Source of the DNA: Macrostomum lignano
Taxonomy: Eukaryota
NCBI GenBank assembly: GCA_002269645.1
Contig: NIVC01004317.1
Span: 1 to 30,171, forward strand
DNA length: 30,171 bases
Reading direction: 5' to 3'
Part shown: in pieces, positions 21,918 to 30,171 of the stretch
Layout: each line of letters begins with the position of its first letter
How positions within the stretch are numbered: position 1 is the stretch's first letter
Notes under the pieces: generated by a model
What the model was told of the DNA's origin: nothing
What the model saw: only the letters and a program-made list of their open reading frames with translations
Database searches by the model: none
Program-made: the position numbers and the translations under genes

Positions 21918-22518
21918 TTTAGAAAGTCTGCATCAAGTCAGGTGGAACCTGCAGTGAAAGTGTTGCAAGGTCAGCTCACTCATTCACTGTTTATCTTTTT
22001 CACAACAGGTCATGCTCCCGTGATTGGACAACTGCAAGCGCCTATAAAAATGCCAATGAGGAATCACTGCATGTTTAAGCACCGGGCTCGTAGCTTTTCT
22101 GCTGAGGGACATGCGACACTGTCAGGATACCTTTTTGTTTTTAGACCCTGGTCTAATCTCCTTTGCTCTTCATAAACAGCTGTATTATACAGTTAGGCTT
22201 CTGTAAGCATTAAATCAATGTGCTTCTTCTGTAGCAGGATTGCAAATTCTCATCACAGGTATGTAACTATATTTAGCAATTAGTCTTATCTGCAGATTTA
22301 AGATAGGGAAACTGATCACATTTAAGTTGTAAGTGCTGTTTGACAATTCAAATATACAGTAGCTAAGAGCACCTGCCAATCACTGTGCAAGCAGTGAGCA
22401 TTCTGTGACGTCTTGCAAGCACGAGGTTTCTCATTGTTTAATAAATGCTTTATCATGGATTATAAAATATTGAACGAGTGTCTGCGGTACCAAAATGAGT
22501 GTCCGCGGCAAGCGCGAA

Positions 22519-22832
22519 AATGAGTGTCTGTGGCGCTAAAGTGAGTGTCTGTGGCGCTAAAGTGAGTGTCTGTGGCGCTAAAGTGAGTGTCTGTGGCGCT
22601 AAAGTGAGTGTCTGTGGCGCTAAAGTGAGTGTCTGTGGCGCTAAAGTGAGTGTCTGTGGCGCTAAATTGAGTGTCTGTGGCGCTAAAGTGAGTGTCTGTG
22701 GCGCTAAAGTGAGTGTCTGTGGCGCTAAAGTGAGTGTCTGTGGCGCTAAAGTGAGTGTCTGTGGCGCTAAAGTGAGTGTCTGTGGCGCTAAATTGAGTGT
22801 CTGTGGCGCTAAAGTGAGTGTCTGGCGCTAAA
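22519..22832 (-). repeat. 21-bp minisatellite, 14 core units plus degenerate flank to ~23105 (copy C)
   Basis: Same length and same variant-unit positions as copy A. Confidence 0.95.
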
Positions 22833-23540
22833 GTGAGTGTCTGCGGCACCAAAATAAGTGCCCTCGGCACCAAAATGAGTGTCTCTGGCATTAAAACGAG
22901 AGTCTTCGGCGCTAAAATGAATGTCTGTGGCGCCAAAATGAGTGTCCGTAGCGCCAATATGAGTGTCTGTGGTGCTAAACTAAGTGCCATTGACACCAAA
23001 ATGCGCGACTGCACAACAAAATGAGTGCCTGCTGCGCTGAAATGAGTGGCTGTGGCGCCAAAATAAGTATCTGTGGCACTAAATGAGTCTGCGGCGCCAA
23101 GTGAGCGGTGACAACACCGATGCTGAACATAATGTGCATGTACATGTTGAATTCTTGGCTTTGTCCCTCTACCATAAAATCCATGGCGACGCCTCTTCTC
23201 GCTAACTGAAGCTACCCGGTATAGCTGGTCGCGAGTTATAGCAGTTATAACGCCAAAAATATGGATTTTTGGATCAAGTTATTTTCCTAAGTACATATTT
23301 TAGCCAGGCTCTTAAAAAGCTGTTTCTTCAGTAGTAGCTATTAAAAATTTCTAAAAAGTTCAACTTTTTGGAAGTCAAATAAACAAGTCTTTAGTACGCG
23401 AATAGCTCATAGCTGGAAACCTTTATGAGTTTTTATATTTTAATATCATTTTTTTGATTTTCTTTCTGCCGACAATTTGATAAACTGAGTAGGTAAATAC
23501 TTGTACAATATATTATTAAATGAATACATAGGATGGAACA

Positions 23541-23685
23541 CTATAGGTGAGTGTCCATAGGATGAGTGTCCATATGGTGAGTGTCCGTAGGGTGAGTGTC
23601 CATAATTTGAGCGTCCGTAGAGTGTCCATAATTTGAGTGTCCGTAGGGTGAGTGTCCATAGGGTGAGTGTCTATAGGGTGTGTCC
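23541..23685 (-). repeat. Degenerate ~15-bp repeat (copy C)
   Basis: As in copy B. Confidence 0.85.
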
Positions 23686-24568
23686 ACATGTCAGATTTAC
23701 GCCTATAAACTGACAAAATTCGTATTATTTCCTTTCTTCTCCGTGTATTTTTGCGTTTGGTGTGGCCCCCAATTGGGTCGTTTTACCTTGTGCTTGTTGT
23801 GCGCGTATTTAGAGCGGTCCGTACAGTATAATAGTTTCACGATCGATATTTTAGGCCTCTCCGTGCGCGTGCCACACGAAGAGGTCCAGTTTTGTTACCT
23901 TTAAATTTAAGCCTGGTCTTTCACTGCCCGCCTGTTGCTAAATATAGCCTCTGCCAAGAGTTAGCTCATTCTTCGTTACTTGTCGTCCTATCAGCACTTG
24001 GCCAATTTGGGAGTAGAGCGTGGTTAAGAACCTGCCAACCAGCCCGTCTTAAAAGATTCACCACAACGATCTTCACAGCAGAGAGTGACTACCACTACGA
24101 AAACTATCTTCATCGACGACTCTATATTATCTGCGCAAATGTCTCTCGCCAGATGCACAGCTCCGAACTCTTCCGATGCACTGCCTGCTGCGTCATCTCC
24201 GCCGTCCCTGTCTAGACTCCGCCTTTATGCCTGCTGGCACCGTCTCCAAGGCCCTCTTTCAGCACCTACTGCGAGCCCAGGAAGACTCGATGTGCTAACA
24301 TCGAATTCCGCAGCCATCTCTGCTATGATACCAATCGAAGGCCGCGGCTCCCTGTGTGACCAGATGCATCGCCAGGGTCTGATCCCCTAGGATGGTCCTC
24401 GCAGCCGCACTTTTCCTCGAGGAGGTCTGCTTGAAGATGACTCTGCACAGTCCGCCACAGAAGCCTTCCACGCCGTCAGTGGGAACAGCAATCAGCGTGG
24501 CCAATTGAGGGAAACCAGCAATCGCCTTTCCACCTCAGTGGCCCGTCACCACTCCTTCAGCCGGAGCA

Positions 24569-26036
24569 ATGGCTCTTCCTGCTGCTCAGGCCGCTGCACC
24601 GATCTCTGCCGCCTCTCCTGCTACACCCGGCGTGACCAGCCCTCCTCGCCTCCATGACCGCGATGATGCAGCAGAACCAGCAGCCCATGCAACAGCTCGC
24701 TACCACCATCCGTCCTGCCTCGACACCAGTTGCCTCAACGCCCGCATCAGATGCTCACGATCCGGCCGGGCTCATCCGCTCCACCATTCTCAAGAACGCA
24801 TTGCCCGACCCTGCTGCAATTCTGGGCTTCTGGGACGCTTTCGTATACCGCGTCGACCGCTCCAGCCTTAACGACGTCGACAAATACGAGGCACTCCGCT
24901 GTCTGCTCTCCGGCTCCGCTCTCAAGAAGCTCGGTGCTTTCGACGGCTACCAGCCGAACGACTACGCTGAGGCCTGCCGTGTCCTCCAGGCCAACTACTC
25001 CAACACGTAGGAGCAAAAGAACGCCTCCTTCCAGCGTCTCCTCGCCCTTCACTGCAGTTCTGCTTCCAACTTTGGTGAGCTCGAGGAATTCACGGATGCC
25101 CTCCGCCTGGCCACTGGCCAGCTTCTTCGACTCGGCGAGCTTGCCTGCACCCTCGACAGCGACGTCTACGCGCTCTGGAGCCGCCTGCCGCTTGAATTAC
25201 AAAGCGAGATCCGCAATCTTCGCGCTTCTAACAGGTAGCCTCTCATGCCCATCATGGCAGAGCTCCAGGACCATCTTGACTGCAAGCTTAAGACCCTCAG
25301 AGCCGCCTCAGCACAGTGCCAGCTGCGCATTTGCCTCCGCCAGTCTTCCGAGCAACGCTGCGTCCCGGCCACCATCCACTCGCAGCACAAGCGCCCACCG
25401 ACCGCCAGCAGCTCCGACCACATCGCCATGTCCTGCAGCGAGGTGCGGAAGCCCCATGATCGCCTCAAGATTGTCCGAAAGAAAAATCTCTGCCGCAACT
25501 GCCTCCGCCGACACCACACTCGAGACTGCCGTGACACCCGACGATGCCACGAGTGCGATGGGCTGCACCACACTAATCTCCAGAAGCCACCTTTGCGAGT
25601 TCCAATCAACGTTCGTCGATTCCTCGTTCAAACGCCCACCTTAACGCTGCCGTTGGAAATGCAAACTCCAATGGAACAGTCCACTCTCTCGTCTCTGCCT
25701 TAGCGAACGGAGGCCTCGTTCCGACCATCATGGCGACCCTCCGCCCCAATGGCCGTCAACCCAAAGGACTCTCACGCCTACTCTCTACTCTCGCTCGCAA
25801 GCTTGGTCTCAAGGCCGCCAGGAAGCTTACGATTGCAGCCTCTACCTTCATGCAGAGTCCAGGCGCCCTGTCACCGCGGATCTTGTAAGCTTCGACCTCC
25901 AGACTCCGGATGGCCGGCGCTGGCCAATCACCGCCCTCGCATGGCGGCTCCGATCTACATGCCCGCCGTCGATGTCCCAAAGGACGTCCTCAACACCCCC
26001 AAGACTCCATTGTTCTATGGCCCACCCGAGTCTTAA
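24569..26036 (+). mobile_element. Degenerate BEL/Pao gag/protease remnant (copy C)
   Basis: Translation identical to copy B. Confidence 0.8.
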
Positions 26037-26532
26037 TGATTGTCCAAAAAACGCCATTATTTCAGACTTCCAAAGCGAATTTCAACCATAGACAAAACTT
26101 GCTGAATAATCAGTTAACAGTTTATTTAACAAAAATGACGATAGATACACTAGGCAATTGAGAATGGCATAAATAGATATGAAATATGCGTACAGGTACA
26201 ACAAACAATGATATAATAAAGCAAACTATGCGTAAATTTTGTATTTTGAAATAAATTTGATTAAAGGAGGGTGTGATTAAAGTGATTGGGAGATTGTGAC
26301 TACTAGAATTTGGAGAGTGGGATTCCTAGTAGTAGGAGATTTGGATTCCTAGCATTGGAAGATTGGGATTTCTAACATTATTAGAAGATTAAGATTTTAA
26401 GAAATTAGAAGATTCGGATCGGGATTAAGCATTGACAAACAAATCATGCAAAAGAAAAAAGGGTCTCAAAAGCAAACTTTGTCACTGTCCAAATACGAAG
26501 TGTCTATTAATCTGATGTCGAAGCCTAACTTA

Positions 26533-27868
26533 TTATAAATTAAAAGTACAATTAGAAAAGCTACAGTTGGCAAACATCGGCTTACGCACTGCTGTACTCA
26601 CATCCAATTGTTGTTGCGCTACTGAAACGGCCACTGTGCTACCGGCTGGTGAAGTAATAAACGAAGTACCTGCTAAATTGTTGAATGGTGTAGTCAACGA
26701 ACTATCCAGCGTGCTGTCACTTGCAGCTGACAGACTTTTCACATCCGTAGCTTCACTACGTTGTCCGGTAACGGCCATTATCTCGTCCATGCTGTGACCG
26801 CTGACAAATAGGTCCGAGATGCGCGTGACGCGAATGCAATGGTTCGTGTATCGCTGCGAAAGCGAACACACTTCACTGAGATGTCCCATGAATGAGCACA
26901 ACCAGTTGACGCCACGCACTTGGCGACTAGAAAACCTCAAGACTCCATTAGAAGCATTAGCGAGTGGTCGTGGAAAGAAATTGTCTCCTTCTGGCAACAA
27001 TAACTGGTAGTGAAGAATAAGATCTCTCTCAGCTCCATAGATGCGACTCTGCTTTGCAACGTTGCCCTTGCACTTGGTCGGATCCGAAGACTGGTTTTTA
27101 GTTGGCAAAGGCGGAAGCTTCAGGTAGCTGTGCCCATCCGTGCCCCACGTTTTCGAATCGACTCCAAATGCTCCTGGCCTCTCTCCTAGAGTATAGAAAA
27201 TGACAAAAACTACCTCATCTTGAAGTTCTTCTGCGGTCGATCTGTCAAAATGCTGCCTGATTTTTCGAAGGTCTCCGTCCTCAATAGGCTGAAACTGTTG
27301 AACAACTCCTGCACCCTCAACGCTGAAATGACGAACTTTCACTCGAAGCATTCTGTTCGCCGCTTCAAACTCTGGCCCATTCATAATGTCTGTCTGCATC
27401 TTTGAGTATCTTTCTTTGGTAACGCTGCACACTAGCTCGAATGCATACAAGGGTAGCAGGCGAATACAGACTTCCATCAGATTTCTTTAGTCCAAAATAA
27501 TAGAAACGAAGATACTCTCCTAGCTTCTCGTTAGTCATGCTTTGTACTTCTTTGGTCGTATGCTTGCGCATGAAGGCAATGAATCGACTTCCCTGTTGCA
27601 TCATTTGTTCTTGGGTGGAGCGCGGTAGCGAGTCTAACTCGCCTTGGTCCATGTCGGCAGCCACAGACTCAGGTAATTCTGGCAATTTGACTCCGGAAAC
27701 ATCATCTTCCGAGTTAGCCTGCAGATCCGTGAGGAAGCCAATAATATTCTGCAGATCGGTGTCGCCATGGTGATCAGTATAACTTAGCGCAGTAATAAAG
27801 CTCAGTTCACTGTCGCTAACTCCATCTAACGATTCGCAGGGAAGATGTTTCCAATTGATCAAAGCCAT
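26533..27868 (-). pseudogene. Crypton/DUF3504-type tyrosine recombinase relic (copy C)
   Basis: Translation and frameshift identical to copy A. Confidence 0.8.
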
Positions 27869-28317
27869 TTTAAGACGAGCGTGAAAATCCTCTGGTCTTG
27901 CCTTAGAAAACAGACCCTTTAAAGAGCCTTTAGTAAAGGAAAATCATACTACACAATCTACCATTAAACCACTGTTAGACTGCAGTGTTTAACAACACGC
28001 TCACTACGACGACGCTCATTAAAAAGCTGGTAAATTTGAGAACGGGTTCCCCTTGCACTCCAATAAAAGTGCACGGCTCCGCATGCCCATATAGCTGGTG
28101 TTAGCCATAGACAATCGCGGCCCTCAGACGCTGCCAGTGAGACAGGAATCGCTTTGTACAGAACTGTCTGTGGCTGCAGCTCAGCAGCTGAGAGGCTCGC
28201 AATCGTTTTTTCACCCTCGGAGCGAAGGTCCACTTAACAGAAGAGTTTACTGTAAGTCGAATTCGACATCTCAAGCTTTGAGTACAAAGGGATTCTGCTG
28301 CTTTTTCTGCATTGGAA

Positions 28318-30018
28318 ATGTCTGTCAGACGTCTGCTGCTTCTGAGCTGTCTTGCTGCAACACTGCTCTGCGGGCTGGGCTGCTCATCTGCCAAGAAAAG
28401 TAAGTCAATTCGATTCAACTCGAATCCACCGCCTGTCTGCTTACTCCATGTTAACTCCCCGCATTGCCCACACCTGCTCCAACTCACACGGCCTGCCGCC
28501 TGACCCAAGATAAATTCCCATTGTGTTCTTATAACCTAATTGCCCCATTTATTCGACCTCTCATCTCCCCGTCTTTCCAGCCCCTCTGCAGCCCCTCTGC
28601 AGCCCCTCTGCAGCCCCTCTGCAGCCCCTCTGCAGCCCCTCTGCAGCCCTCTGCAGCCCCTCTGCAGCCCCTCTGCAGCCCCTCTGCAGCCCCTCTGCAG
28701 CCCCTCTGCAGCCCCTCTGCAGCCCCTCTGCAGCCCCTCTGCAGCCCCTCTGCAGCCCCTCTGCAGCCCCTCTGCAGCCCCTCTGCAGCCACTCTGCAGC
28801 CACTCTGCAGCCCTCTGCAGCCCCTCTGCAGCCCCTCTGCAGCCCCTCTGCAGCCCCTCTGCAGCCCCTCTGCAGCCCCTCTGCAGCCCCTGCAGCCCTC
28901 TGCAGCCCTTCTGCAGCCCCTCTGCAGCCCTCTGCAGCCCCTCTGCAGCCCCTCTGCAGCCCCTCTGCAGCCCCTCTGCAGCCCCTCTGCAGCCCCTCTG
29001 CAGCCCTCTGCAGCCCTCTGCAGCCCTTCTGCAGCCCCTCTGCAGCCCCTCTGCAGCCCCTCTGCAGCCCCTCTGCAGCCCCTCTGCAGCCCCTCTGCAG
29101 CCTCTGCAGCCCCTCTGCAGCCCCTCTGCAGCCCCTCTGCAGCCCCTCTGCAGCCCCTCTGCAGCCCCTCTGCAGACCCGCAGCCCTCTGCAGCCCTTCT
29201 GCAGCCCCTCTGCAGCGCTCCTCTGCAGCCCTCTGCAGCCCCTCTGCAGCCGCCTCTGCAGCCCTCTGCAGCCCCTCTGCAGCCCTTCTGCAGCCCCTGC
29301 TGCAGCGCTCCTCTGCAGCCCCTCTGCAGCTCCTCTGCAGCCCCTCTGCAGCCCCTCTGCAGCCCCTCTGCAGCTTCTGCAGCCCCTCTGCAGCTCCTCT
29401 GCAGCCCTCTGCAGGCCCCTCGCTGCAGCCCTCTGCAGCAGCCCCTCTGCAGCCCCTGCAGCCCTTCTGCAGCCCTCTGCAGCTCCTCTGCAGCCCCTCT
29501 GCAGCCCCTCTGCAGCCCCTCTGCAGCCCCTCTGCAGCCCCTCTGCAGCCTTCTGCAGCCCTCTGCAGCTCCTCTGCAGCCCCTCTGCAGCTCCCTCTGC
29601 AGCCCTCTGCAGCCCCTCTGCAGCCCACTCTGCAGCCACTCTGCAGCCCCTCTGCAGCTCCTCTGCAGCCCCTCTGCAGCCCTCTGCAGCCCCTCTGGCA
29701 GCCCCTCTGCAGGCCCCTCTGCAGCCCTCTGCAGCCCCTCTGCAGCCCTCTGCAGCCCCTCTGCAGCCCCTCTGCAGCCCCTCTGCAGCCCCTCTGCAGC
29801 CCTCTGCAGCCCCTCTGCAGCCCCTCTGCAGCCCCTCTGCAGCCCCTCTGCGCCCCTCTGCAGGCCCTCTGCAGCCCCTCTGCAGCCCCTCTGCAGCCCC
29901 TCTGCAGCCCCTCTGCAGCCCCTCTGCAGCCCCTCTGCATGCAGTCACTTCAGCAAGAACCGCTCGTCAAATTTCAGAGAAAGAAGAGAGAGCTTCACCA
30001 CTATCTCTTTACTCAAAC
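28318..30018 (+). CDS. Partial WSC-domain gene (copy D); exon 1 28318-28399, middle exon ~29945-30018
   Basis: Same signal-peptide exon and donor. The WSC exon would lie beyond the window end. Confidence 0.72.
28581..29939 (+). repeat. 11-bp minisatellite (CCCCTCTGCAG)n, long and irregular (copy D)
   Basis: Read directly from the sequence. Irregularity increases after ~28880. Confidence 0.97.
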
Positions 30019-30171
30019 GTAAGTGGAACGATTTTTCATAATTTTCATTGACTACTCTGTCCATAGCAACAGTGGGGTGCCTCCTTTCTTTTTGTCTCGC
30101 ATCTCACTGCCCACCATCTCTCTGTGTCACTGCTTCGCTGTCTCACTAAACCATGCATAACTGTTGTCAAT

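Larger units (their letters stand above)
18272..28048 (+). repeat. Tandem unit copy C (9777 bp)
   Basis: Offset of 9777 to the next copy (18535/28312, 16756/26533). The length difference from B lies in the minisatellites (+120, -51, +126). Confidence 0.97.
28049..30171 (+). repeat. Partial tandem unit copy D
   Basis: Repeats the upstream region, exon 1, 11-mer array and middle exon. It ends about 60 bp before the WSC exon acceptor. Confidence 0.95.

Noticed and set aside
1-30171. tRNA, rRNA or other structured RNA genes
   Set aside because: None was recognisable by inspection, and no covariance search was run.

Overview
Eukaryotic DNA, probably from an invertebrate animal (GT-AG introns, BEL/Pao relic). 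The whole window is copies of one ~9.6-9.8 kb unit: an inverted partial copy A (1-8671, minus), an 18-nt filler junction (8672-8689), then head-to-tail copies B (8690-18271), C (18272-28048) and partial D (28049-30171). Each unit carries three gene-like parts. (i) A spliced gene for a small secreted WSC-domain protein: signal-peptide exon, optional middle exon, WSC exon. (ii) A degenerate BEL/Pao LTR-retrotransposon gag/protease relic. (iii) A frameshifted Crypton/DUF3504-type tyrosine-recombinase relic transcribed divergently from the WSC gene. Each unit also has four minisatellites: 11-mer CCCCTCTGCAG, 8-mer TGTCTCAG, a 21-mer and a degenerate ~15-mer. Both transposon relics carry the same lesions in every copy, so the WSC gene is the only apparently intact gene being amplified. 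Most long ORFs in the track are repeat-derived or antisense artefacts. The most notable observations are these. The 11-mer array is a string of splice-acceptor-like motifs that encodes the same peptide in all three frames and stays in phase with the WSC gene in both clean copies. The inversion breakpoint abuts an inverted repeat with an 8-bp spacer just upstream of the recombinase. Family assignments are from motif recognition only, and no database search was run. An assembly or amplification artefact cannot be excluded for the overall architecture.
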